The notes below the pieces were generated by a model that was not told the origin of the DNA, searched no databases, and worked only from the letters and a program-made list of their open reading frames with translations. From positions 147,374,001 to 147,438,000 of the forward strand of contig NC_091984.1 of the NCBI RefSeq assembly GCF_044704955.1: a DNA stretch of 64,000 nucleotides, in the 5' to 3' direction. The DNA is from Pristiophorus japonicus. Taxonomy: Eukaryota. Positions 48,651 to 60,000 of this stretch are shown piece by piece. Numbering within the stretch: position 1 is the first letter of the stretch; each line of letters begins with the position of its first letter. Position numbers and translations under genes: made by a program.

Positions 48651-49864
48651 GATCGTGCTTCAATGCATTCAGGAGAATTTTATCAATGAGTATGTAACAA
48701 GTCCAACAAGGGAGGGGACGGATCTGGACTTGGTTTTGGGGAATGAAGAGGGGCAGGTGGAAGGGGTATCAGTGGGAGAGCATTTTGGCGCCAGTGATCA
48801 TAATTCAGTTAGATTTAGTGTAGTTATGGAAAAGGACAAAGATAGACCAGGAATAAAAGTTCTCAATTGGGGAAAAGCCAATTTTGCTGAGCTGAGATGA
48901 GATTTGGCCAAAGCGGACTGGAAACAGCTACTTGATGGTAAATCAGTGTCAGAGCAGTGAGAGGCATTCAAGGAGGAAATCCTGTGGTTTCAGAGTAAGT
49001 CTGTTCCCTTAAAGAAAAATGGTGGGACTAAAAATCCTAGGGCACTGGATGTCAAGGGATATACAGTGTAGGATAAAGTAAAAAAGAGAGGCTTATGACA
49101 GATACCGAGGGCTCAATACTGCAGGAACTTTAGAGGGGTATAGAAAGTGCAGGGTGCAATTAAAAAGGAAATTAGGAAAGCAAAGAGAGAGCATGAAAAC
49201 ATTTTGGCAAGTAAAATCAAGGAAAACCCAAAGATGTTTTATAAATACATTAAGAGCAGGAGGATAATTAAAGAAAGTGTAGAGCCTATTCGAGACCATA
49301 AAGGTAATCTGTGTGTGGAGGCAAAAGACGTGGGTATGTTTCTGAATGAATACTTTCTGTCTGTTCTCACAAAAGAGAGAGGCAATGCAGACATTGCAAT
49401 CAGGGAGGAGGAGTGTGAAATATTAGATGAAATAAACATGGTGAGAGAGGAAGTATTAAGGGGCTCAGCAGCTTTGAAAGTGGATAAATCCCCTGGCCCT
49501 GATAAAATGTATCCCAAGCTGTTAAGTGAAGCAAAAGAGGAAATAGCACAGGCTCTGACCAACATTATCCAATCCTCTCTGACTGCACATGTGGTGCCAG
49601 AGGTCTGGAGGACTGCTAATGTTGTACCTTTGTTTAAAAAGGGAGAAAGGGATAGACCGAGCAATTGCAGGCCAGTCAGCCTAACCTCATGGTGGGAAAG
49701 TTATTGGAAAAAATTATGAGAGACAGGATAAATCTTCATTTAGAAAGACATGGATTAATCCAGGACAGTCAGCATGGATTTGTAAAGGGAAGGTCGTGTC
49801 TGACTAACTTAATTGAATTCATCAAGGAAGTAATAAGGAGGGTTGATGAGGGCAGTGCGTATGA

Positions 49865-51178
49865 TACATAGAAACATAGAAACATAGAAAATAGATGCAG
49901 GAGTAGGCCATTCGGCCCTTCTAGCGTGCACCGCCATTCAATGAGTTCATGGCTGAACATTCAACTTCAGTACTCCATTCCTGCTTTTTCGCCATACCCC
50001 TTGATCCCCCTAGTAGTAAGGACCTCATCTAACTCCTTTTTGAATATATTTAGTGAATTGGCCTCAACAACTTTCTGTGGTAGAGAATTCCACAGGTTCA
50101 CCACTCTCTGGGTGAAGAAGTTCCTCCGCATCTCGGTCCTAAATGGCTTACCCCTTATCCTTAGACTGTGACCTCTGGTTCTGGACTTCCCCAACATTGG
50201 GAACATTCTTCCTGCATCTAACCTATCTAACCCCGTCAGAATTTTAAATGTTTCTATGAGGTCCCCTCTCATTCTTCTGAACTCCAGTGAATACAAGCCC
50301 AGTTGATCCAGTCTTTCTTGATAGGTCAGTCCCGCCATCCCGGGAATCAGTCTGGTGAACCTTCGCTGCACTCCCTCAATAGCAAGAATGTCCTTCCTCA
50401 GGTTAGGAGACCAAAACTGTGCACAATACTCCAGGTGTGGCCTCACCAATGCCCTGTACAACTGTAGCAACACCTCCCTGCCCCCGTACTCAAATCCCCT
50501 TGCTATGAAGGCCAACATGCCATTTGCTTTCTTAACCGCCTGCTGCACCTGCATGCCAACCTTCAATGACTGATGTACCATGACACCCAGGTCTCTTTGC
50601 ACCTCCCCTTTTCCTAATCTGTCACCATTCAGATAGTAGTCTGTCTCTCTGTTTTTACCACCAAAGTGAATAACCTCACATTTATCCACATTATACTTCA
50701 TCTGCCATTCATTTGCCCACTCACCTAACCTATCCAAGTCGCTCTGCAGCCTCACAGCATCCTCCTCGCAGCTCACACTTAGTGTCATCTGCAAATTTGG
50801 AGATACTACTTTTAATCCCCTCATCTACATCATTAATGTACAGTGTAAACAGCTGGGGCCCCAGCACAGAACCTTGCGGTACCCCACTAGTCACTGCCTG
50901 CCATTCTGAAAAGTACCCATTTACTCCTACTCTTTGCTTCCTGTCTGACAACCAGTTCTCAATCGATGTCAGTACACTACCCCCAATCCCATGTGCTCTA
51001 ACTTTGCACATCAATCTCTTGTGTGGGACCTTGTCGAACGCCTTCTGAAAGTCCAAATATACCACATCAACTGGTTCTCCCTTATCCACTCTACTGGAAA
51101 CATCCTCAAAAAATTCCAGAAGATTTGTCAAGCATGATTTCCCTTTCACAAATCCATGCTGACTTGGACCTATCATGT
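49865..51178 (-). mobile_element. CR1 (HER1-like) 3' 1.3 kb, nested
   Basis: ORFs 50730-51176 and 49967-50824; (CATAGAAA)n tail. Confidence 0.93.
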
Positions 51179-51707
51179 CACCTCATATCATGTAGTGTAG
51201 ATAGATTTTGCAAGACTTTTGGTAAGGTCCTACATGGCAGACTGGTCATGAAAGTAAAACCCCTTGGATCCAGGGCAAAGTGGCAAGTTGGATCCAAAAT
51301 TGGCTCAGAGGCAGGAAGCAAAGGGTAATGGTTGGTGATTTAATGACTGGAAGGCTGTTTCCAGTGGGGTTCCGCAGGGCTCAGTACAAGGTCATTGCTT
51401 TTTGTGGTATATATCAATGATTTAGACTTGAATGTAGGGGGCATGATAAAGAAGTTTGCAGATGATACTAAAATCGGCCGTGTGGCTGATAATGAAGAAG
51501 AAAGCTGCACACTGCAGGAAGATATCAATGAAATGGTCATGTGGGCAGAACAGTGGCAAATAGAATTTAATCCAGAGAAGTGTGAGGTAATGCATTTGGG
51601 GAGGGCTACCAACGCAAGGGAATACACATTAAATTGTAGGATACAGAGAAGTATAGAGGAACAAAGGGACATATCCACAGATACCTGAAGGTAGCAGGCC
51701 AGGTAGA

Positions 51708-52499
51708 TGTGAGGTTATCCACTTTGGCAGAAAGAATAGAAAAGCAAATTATTTTTTAAATGGAGAATAATTGCAAACTGCTGCAGTACAGAGGGATTTG
51801 GGGGTCCTTGTGCATGAAACACAAACATTTAGAATGTAGCAAGTAATCAGGAAAGCAAATGGAATGTTGGCCGTTATTGCAAGGGGGATGGAGTATAAAA
51901 GCAGGGAAGTCCTGCTACAATTGTACAGGGTATTGGTGAGACCTGGAGTACTGCGTGTAGTTTTGTTCTCCAAATTTAAGAAAGCATATCCTTTCATTGA
52001 AGGCAGTTCAGAGGAGGCCCACTCGGTTGATTCCGGAGCTGAGGGGGTTGACTTATGAAGACTTGTTGAGAATGTTGGGCCTATACTCATTGGAGTTCAG
52101 AAGAATGAGAGTTGATCTTCTCGAAACATATAATATAATGAGAGGGCTTGAAAAGGTGGATGCAGAGAGGATATTTCCACTCATAGAGGAAACTAAAACT
52201 AGAGGGCATAGTTTCAGAATAAGGGGTCGCCTATTTAGAACTGAGATGAGGAGGAATTTCTTCTCAGAGGGTTGTAAATCTGTGGAATTCTCATGCCGCA
52301 GAGAGCTGTGGAGGCTGGGTCATTGAATATATTTAAGGCAGAGATAGACAGATTTTTGAACAAGAAGTGGATAAAGAGTTATGGTGAGCAGGCAGGGAAG
52401 TGGAGCTGAGTCCACGATCAGATCAGCCAAGATCTCATTGAATGGTGGAGCAGGCTCGAGGGGCCAAATAGACTCCTGCTCCTATTTCTTATGTTCTTA
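51708..52499 (+). mobile_element. CR1 3' fragment, TTCTTATG tail
   Basis: ORFs 51864-52058 and 51997-52326. Confidence 0.9.
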
Positions 52500-53059
52500 A
52501 TCCGTAATACCCTTACCCAACAGGGTGCTGATGGTGCCGGAGAACCAGCCTGAGCCTCAGATCCTGAACTGTACACTGCAACACTGGACTGAGACACAGA
52601 GGGAGCAGTGTGTGCAAAGTGGTGATTGGCTGGTCCGCTGGTCCCCGAGACCCCTCCCCGACCCCACAGTCCCAACAGGATCCCCCCCCTCGATACCCAG
52701 CACCCAGTCCCACCAGAGACCCTGACCTCCCCGTGACCCCCATGATCCCCCCCCACCCCCCGATCACGCCAGTCCCCCCCGTTCCACGCACAGTCAGCCC
52801 CCGATAAAGCCCACCCTCCCCCGGCCCGGTCTCCCCTCTCCTGGGTAACAGTCTTGCACACACATACACACACCTACAGACAGTGCTGGGTAACAGTCTC
52901 ACACACACACACACACACACCTACAGGCGGTGCTGGGTAAGTCACACTAACACGCAGCAACATGTACACGGTGATACACTGACTGCTCCTCTCCCTAAGC
53001 TGAGGCCTCACTTGGTACAGTTTTGTGCTGCTGCCATGAGCCACCCGTTAAGGAGAGAG

Positions 53060-53160
53060 AATGCAACATTGTGACTGTGGCCTCCTGCCCCCAGATTGCC
53101 CCCAGCAGTCAGCACACAGTGCACAGTGCGATCCCACCATCGGGGGCAGCCCCAACAACC
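53060..53160 (-). other. Candidate 23-RSS followed by a degenerate J-like segment
   Basis: GGTTGTTGG-23 bp-CACTGTG (53160-53122), then DCWGQ / WGQEATVTM coding-like sequence; no splice donor. Confidence 0.4.
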
Positions 53161-53184
53161 CCAGTGTGCAGAGTGAGAGCCAAC

Positions 53185-54292
53185 AAGCTCCCCGCTGGAG
53201 TGGAACTAAACTACAGAACCAGTGGGAACCTGTTCAACCTGCGCAGTCTCCAGGCCAGATCCAAGGCCACTCCAACCTCGGTCGTCGAGCTACAGTATGT
53301 GGACGATGTCCGCATCTGCGCACATACAGAGGCCGCACTCCAGGACATAGTCGACGTATTTACTGAGGCATACGAAAGCATGGGCCTTACGCTAAACATC
53401 TGTAAGACAAAGGTCCTCCACCAGCCTGCCCTCATCACACAGCACTGCCCCCAGTCATCAAGATCCATGGCGCTGCCCTGGACACCGTGGACCACTTCCC
53501 ATATCTCGGGAGCCACCAATCAACAAGAGCAGGTATTGACGACGAGATCCAACACTGCCTCCATGCGCCAGTGCAGCCTTCAGTCGCCTGAGGAAAAGAG
53601 TGTTTGAAGATCAGGCCCTCCAAACTGCCACCAAGCTCATGGTCTACAGGGCTGTAGTAATACCTGCCCTCCAATATGGCTCAGAGACATGGACCATGTA
53701 CAGCAGACACCTCAAGTTGCTGGACAAATATCACCAACGATGTCTCCGCTAGATCCGACAAATCCCCTGGGAGGACAGGCACACCAACATCAGCGTCCTC
53801 AGTCAGGCTAACATCCCCAGCATTGAAGCACTGCCCACACTCGATAGCTCCGCTGGGCAGGCCACATAGTCTGCAAGCTAGACACGAGACTCCCAAAGCA
53901 AGTGCTGTACTCGGAGCTCCTTCATGGCAAACGAGCCAAAGGTGGGCAGCGGAAACGCTACAAGGACACCCTCAAAGCCTCCCTGATAAAGTGCAACATC
54001 CCCACTGACACCTGGGAGTCCCTGGCCCAAGACCACCCTAAGTGGAGGAAGTGCATCCGACAGGGCGCTGAGCAACTCGAGTCTCGTCGCCAAGAGCATG
54101 CAGAAACCAAGCGCAGGCAGCGGAAAGAGCGTGCGGCGAATCTGTCCCCACCCACCCCTTCCCTCAATGACTGTCTGTCTCACCTGTGACAGAGTCTGTG
54201 GTTCTCGTATTGGACTGTTCAGCCACAAAAGAACTCACTTCAGGATGGAAGCAAGTCTTTCTTGATTCCGAGGGACTGCCGATGATATGATG
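53185..54292 (+). mobile_element. RTE-clade LINE 3' fragment
   Basis: GNLFNLRSL, ELQYVDD, GLTLNICKTKVL, GGQRKRYKDTLKASL; (GAT)n tail. Confidence 0.92.
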
Positions 54293-54624
54293 AGAATGGG
54301 ATGGTTTAATTCCAGCAGCTTTTAGTGTCTGTGTTTAATCTTGTGCACTCCAGGGGTTCGAGGACAAATTGATCGTTTTGAAATGATTGATAATTGGCTT
54401 TGAATCAAATCTCCTGCCAACGTGCCATTGATTGACAGCCCACTCAGCCAATCAGGACAGACACTTACTGAAATGCAGCCAATCCAGCTGAGGGGGAGGT
54501 GGGACATTTCCAAAGCACTCACCAGACACAGACTAAATATTATTCACATTTATTGCCTTTTACAGATTCACATTTAGAGAAACAAGATTTGAATAAACAG
54601 CCCAGCGAGAGCGAGCTGGAGACA

Positions 54625-54712
54625 TTCACAGGGAGAATGCAGCTTTATTAAAACAGTTGTGGGGATTTTCTCCACACCGAGAGAATCCTGTCCCTTTAAA
54701 CGGGGACTAAAC
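54625..54712 (-). other. Predicted terminal 3'-UTR exon with polyadenylation signal of the Ig light-chain gene
   Basis: Pyrimidine tract and AG at 54713-54714 (alternative AG at 54707-54708); AATAAA at 54644-54649, second at 54549-54554. Confidence 0.55.
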
Positions 54713-54844
54713 CTTGAATTGTAACAGCAGGGTGAGCAGGGAGGGGATCTGCTTACTGAAGCGGCACTTCGCAGTTTAACATTAGTTTTACTCTGCTGAC
54801 AGTTTTCAGCATTTTCGAGAGGTTTTACTTGGCAGCACGAGTCA

Positions 54845-54990
54845 ACACTGTCCCATCAAACCCTCCCAGGGCAGGTACAGCACGGGTCAGATACAGAGTA
54901 AAGATCCCTCTACACTGTCCCATCAAACACTCCCAGGGCAGGTACTGAACAGGTTAGATACAGAGTAAAGCTCCCTCGACACTGCCCCAA
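54845..54990. repeat. ~65-bp tandem repeat (ACACTGTCCCATCAAACACTCCCAGGGCAGGTAC...), about 2.2 copies
   Basis: Directly visible. Confidence 0.85.
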
Positions 54991-55146
54991 TAATGTGCCT
55001 TACCCCCTGACCCTCAGATGCTTTCCCTGACCCAGTCCCGAGAAGGAAGAAAGTAGAAATGCAGTGCTGACAATGACCTTTGCCATCCCGGCTCACCCCC
55101 TGTTCTATTTAAAGTTGCGTCTCCCCCGCGGATTGTCCCTGACACA

Positions 55147-55475
55147 CTACGCACATTCTGCTCTCCTGACCCCCTTGCTGAGGTGAGAGGAGAGACTCTC
55201 GTGGGTGAGGCTGCAGGAGAAGCTGGCGTTGGACTCCCAGTCGGAGCCAGAGAGGGTCAGCAGGCTGCTGACACTGTAGGTGTTGTCCGAAGCTCGCAGG
55301 TAGTCGCTGGTCTGGACCCCAGCCGAAATGGTCACCCCGTCCTTCTTCCACTCCACCTCCACCGCATCGGGGTAGAAGTGATCGGCGAGGCACACCAGGG
55401 TGGCAGTGCCCTTGGTCGTGACCTCCTCCGTGGAGGGAGGCAGCAGGGTCAGCGTGGGCGGTGTCTTCCCTCGGC
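55147..55475 (-). CDS. IGKC: Immunoglobulin light-chain constant exon, elasmobranch type III (kappa-like)
   Basis: Acceptor TTTCAG at 55476-55481, phase 1, open to TAG: RGKTPPTLTLLPPSTEEVTTKGTATLVCLADHFYPDAVEVEWKKDG...YSVSSLLTLSGSDWESNASFSCSLTHESLSSHLSKGVRRAECA. C1-set Cys/Trp/Cys and penultimate Cys are present; isotype assigned from recalled similarity to shark type III/NS4 chains. Confidence 0.93.
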
Positions 55476-55719
55476 CTGAAAGGGAGGAGAAGGATGTTTA
55501 ATAGATGTATATTAGTGTATGTGTGTGTGTGTGTCACTGTGGGTGTTTCCGTGTGGGGATAATTCACATCTGATAACGGAGAGTTGGGTTAATGAACTCC
55601 TGGCTGGCGATTAACCATTAGAGGCGAGCAACACTAATTCTTAATCTTCTTTGCCTCGCTTGATAAGTTCAATATAAATATAAATGCGTTTGAAGTTAAG
55701 GTTTTTAAAAAAAAAAATC

Positions 55720-56174
55720 TTTCATTTATATTATGCCTTTCACAACCACCGGACATCTCAAAGCACTTTTCAGCCAATGAAGTACTTTTGGAGTGTCGTC
55801 ACTGTTGTAATGTGGGAAACACGGCAGTCAATCTGCGCACAGCAAGCTCCCACAAACAGCGATGTGATAATGACCTGATAATCTGTTCTTTTGTCATGTT
55901 GGTTGAGGGATAAATATTAACCAGGGCACCGGGGAGAACTCCCCTGCTCTTCTTCAAAATAGGGGCATTGGATCTTTTACATCTACCTGAGAGGGCAGAC
56001 GAGGCCTCAGTTTAAAATTTCATCTGAAAGACGACACCTCCAACAGTGTTGCACTCACTCAGCACTGCCCTGCAGTGTCAGCCTCGATTTTTGTGCTCAA
56101 GTGCCTGGTATGGGACTTGAACCCACAACATTCTGAATCAGAAGCGAGAGTGCAACGCATTGAGCCACGGCTGA
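55720..56174 (-). mobile_element. Near full-length Deu-domain tRNA SINE (SacSINE1-like)
   Basis: A box TGGCTCAATG, B box GGTTCAAGTCC, Deu-like core GTAAAAGATCC...GAGCAGGGGAGTTCTCCCCGGTG, L2-like tail. Confidence 0.8.
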
Positions 56175-56339
56175 TGCTCAAAATCATACTGGGGTGAGGT
56201 CAAGGGTGAGGCTACAATTAGCCTCAGTGTACCAGGGTCAGGCAGGGTCACTGCTCCCAATGATCCCGTGACCTCCTGGAAGGTCAGAGTGCGCGGACAA
56301 TGGCCGAGGGTCAGGATCAGGGCCCTCCCACTTCAATGA

Positions 56340-57080
56340 AAGAAAGCCTTGAATTTATATCGCGCCTTTCACAACCTCAGGATGTCCCAAGGTGCTTTAC
56401 AACCAATTGTACACAGGGAGATTTACGAGGATGTTGCCTGGACTGGAAAATGTTAGCTATGAAGAAAGATTGGATAGGCTTGGGTTGTTTTCTTTGGAAT
56501 AGAGGAGTCTGAGGGGAGACCTTATTGAGTTGTATAATATTATGAGGGGCCGAGATAGAGTGGATAGGACGGACCTATTTCCTTAAGCAGATTGGCCAAC
56601 AACCAGGGCATAGATTTTAAAGTAATTGCTAGGAGGTTTAGAGGGGATTTGAGGGGAAATATCTTCACCCAGAGGGGGTGGGGGTCTGGAACTCACTGAC
56701 TGAAAGGGTGGTAGAGGCAGAAACTCTCATCACTTTTAAAAATTACTTGGATGTACACTTGAAGTGCTGTAACCTACAGGGCTACGGACCAAGAGCTGAA
56801 AAGTGTGATTAGGCTGGATAGATCTTTGCCAGCCAGTGCAGACACGAATGGCCTCCTTTCATGCTGTAAATTTCTCTGATTCTATGAGCTCCCAGACTGC
56901 AATGACATTATGACCAGATCATCGGCTTTAACTATGTTAGTTGTGGGTTAAATATTGGCCAGGACACTGGGAAGAACCCCCATGCCCTTCCAATAATGAT
57001 TATGAGATCTTTCATGTTCACTTAAGAGGGCAGATGGGACTTCGGTTTAACGTCTCATCTGAAAGACGGCACCTCTGACA
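56340..57080. mobile_element. Deu-like SINE fragment (minus) split by a CR1 3' fragment (plus, ~56410-56886)
   Basis: SINE tail 56340-56410 and core 56890-57080; CR1 3' UTR and TTCTATGA tail between them. Confidence 0.75.
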
Positions 57081-57084
57081 GAGG

Positions 57085-60000
57085 GAAGATATGTTTGAAG
57101 GATCATCAAATGAGGCCATATGGTTTAAACTGATGAACAGAAAAGGGACAATCACACTGCTGGGAGTGTACTATCGACCCCTAAACAGTCAGAGGGAGAT
57201 AGAAGAGAAAATATGTCGGCAAATTGCTGAGAAGTGCAAAAACAATCGGGCAGCAATAGTCAGGGATTTCAACTCCCCTCACATTAACTGGGATGGAATC
57301 ATGTCAAAGGTATAGAGGGTACAGAATTCTTCAAATGCATTTAGGAGAACTTTTACAGTCAGTACGTAGCAAGCCCAGCAAGGGAGGCGCGGTTCTGGGC
57401 TTAGTTTTTGGAAATGAAGCTGGGCAGGTGGAAGGGAGATCAGTGAGAGAGCATTGTGGTGCTCGTGATCATAATTCAGTTAGATTTAGTGTAGTTATGG
57501 AAAAGGACAAAGATAGAGCAGGAATAAAGGTTCTCAATTGGGGAAAGGCCAATTTTACTAAGCTGAGAGGTGATTTAGCAAAAGTGGTCTGGAAACAGCT
57601 ACTTGAAGGTAAATCAGTGTCAGAGCAGTGGGAGGCATTCAAGGGGGAGATAGTGAGGGTTCAGAGCAAGTATGTTCCCACAAAGGAAAAGGGTGGCACT
57701 CCCAAATCTAGAGCCCCCTGGATGTCAAAGGGCATACAGGGTAGGATAAGGCAAAAAAGGGAAGTTTATGTCAAATACCCAGAGCTAAATACTGCAGAAA
57801 GCCCAGAGGTGTATAGAAAGTGCAGGGGTGAAATTAAAAAGGAAATTCGAAATACAAAGAGAGGGCATGAAAAAATACTGGCAAGTAAAATCAAGGAATA
57901 CTCAAAGATGTTTTATAAATACATAAAGAGCAAGAGGATAACTAAAGAAAGAGTTGGGCCTATTGGAGACCAAAAAGGTACCCTGTGTGTGGAGGCGGAA
58001 GACGGGGGAATGGTTCTTAATGAATATTTTGCATCTGTCTTCACAGAAGAGAGGGACGATGCAGACATTGTAATTAAGGAGGACAAGTGTGAAATATTAG
58101 ATGAGATAAACATAGTGAGAGAAGAAGTATTAAGGAGCTTAGCATCTTTGATCGTAGAAAAATCACCAGGCCCGGATGAAATGTATCCCAGGCTTTTAAG
58201 AGAAGCAAGCGGGGATATAGCAGAGGCTCTGACCATCATTTTCCAATCTACTCTGGCTACAAGTGTGGTGCCAGAGGACTGGAGGACTGCTAATGTGTAC
58301 CTTTGTTTGAAAAGTGAGAAAGGGATAGACCGAGTAATTACAGGCCAGTCAGCCGAACCTTGGTGGAGGGAAAATTATTGGAAACAATAATTGTCATATA
58401 GAAAGGGACATATTAATCAAGGACAGTCAGCATGGATTTATTCAGGGAAGGTCGTGCCTGACTAACTTGATTTAATTTTTTGCGGAGATAACAAGGAGAG
58501 TCGATGAGTTTTGCATCTTTGATGTCGTACACATGGACTTTTGCAAGGTTTTTGGTGAGGTCTCACATGGCAGAAAAGTAAAAAGCCCAGGGATCCAAGG
58601 GAAAGTGGCAAGTTGGATCCAAAATTGGCTCAGTGGCAGGAAGCAAAGTGTAATGATCAACGGGTGTTTTTGTGACTGGAAGGCTGTTTCATGTGGGGTT
58701 TCAAGCCAGGTTTGCTGATAATACAAAGATGGGAGGAAAAGCAATGTGTGATGAGGATACAAAAAACCTGCAAAAAGACAGACAGGCAAAGTGAGTGGGC
58801 AAAAATTTGGCAGATCGAGTATAATGTTGGAAAGTGTGAGGTTATGCACATTGGCAGAAAAAAATCAAAGAGCAAGTTATTATTCCAATGGAGAAAAATT
58901 GCAAAGTGCTGTAGTACAGCGGGACCTGAGGGTACTTGTGCATGAAACACAAAAGGATAGTATGCAGGTACAGCAAGTGGTCTGGAAGGCCAATGGAATC
59001 TTGGCCATTAATGCAATGGGGATGGAGTATAAAAGCAGGGAAGTCTAGCTACAGTTATACAGGGTATTGGTGAGGCCATAGCTGGAATACTGCGTGCAGT
59101 TTTGGCTTCAATATTTAAGAAAGGATAGACTTGCTTTGGAGGCAGTTCAGAGAAGGTTCACTAGGTTGATTCCAGAGATGAGGGGAGTTGTCTTTTGAAG
59201 AAAAGTTGAGTAGGTTGGGCTTCGACTCATTGGAATTCAGAAGAATAAGAGGTGATCTTATCAAAACATGTAAGATTATGAGGGGCCATGCAAGGTGGAT
59301 GCAGAGAGGATGTTTCCACTGATAAGGGAGACTAGAACTAGGGGGCTTAATCTTAGAATAAGTGGCCGCCCATTTAAAACTGAGATGAGGAGGAATTTCT
59401 TCTCTCAGAATCTTTAACCTCTAAGTATTCTCTAATCTTTGGATTACTCCCGGTGCCGCGAGCTAGTGAATACAGAAACAGGAGGATAGAGCAGATGAAT
59501 GTGTGACGGGAGAGATGGTGCAGGCGGGATGCTTTAGGTTCCTGAGGCATTGGGACCGCTTCTGGGGGAGGTGGGACCTGTACAAGCCGACCGGGTTGCT
59601 CCTCAACAGAGCCGGGACCAATAGCCACGAGTGGGGCATTTGCTCGTGCTGTTGGGGAGGGTTTAAACTAGCTTGGCAGGGGGATGGGAACCGGAGAATA
59701 GATTCAGTAGGGAGGGAAGTAAAGCTGGAATTAGAAAGTAAAAATAAAGAAAGTGAGTTTGAAGGAGAGAGGAAACAAGCAGATAAAAAGGGTAAAAAAA
59801 CAAATTTAAAGGCTCTTTGCCTAAATAACAAAATAGCTGAGTTGATGGCACAAATAGATACAAATGAATATGATCTGATAGCCATTGCAGAGACGTGGTT
59901 GCAAGGTGACCAGGACTGAGAACTAAATACTCAGGAGTCCTTGACAATCCGGAAAGGACAGACAGAAAGGTAAAGTAGGTGGGGTAGCTCTGTTGACAAA

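Larger units (their letters stand above)
42889..51710. repeat. Right arm of the inverted duplication
   Basis: Reverse complement of 4852-26463 minus the left-arm-specific insertions. Confidence 0.92.
46805..51710 (+). mobile_element. CR1 LINE 5' portion (ORF1 46869-47812 plus ORF2), duplicate of 4852-7705, with two inserts
   Basis: Same 5' junction, same ORF1 frameshift and same 3' endpoint as the left copy. Confidence 0.9.

Noticed and set aside
56100-56174. tRNA gene (also 7813-7890)
   Set aside because: A/B boxes continue into SINE body; no full cloverleaf
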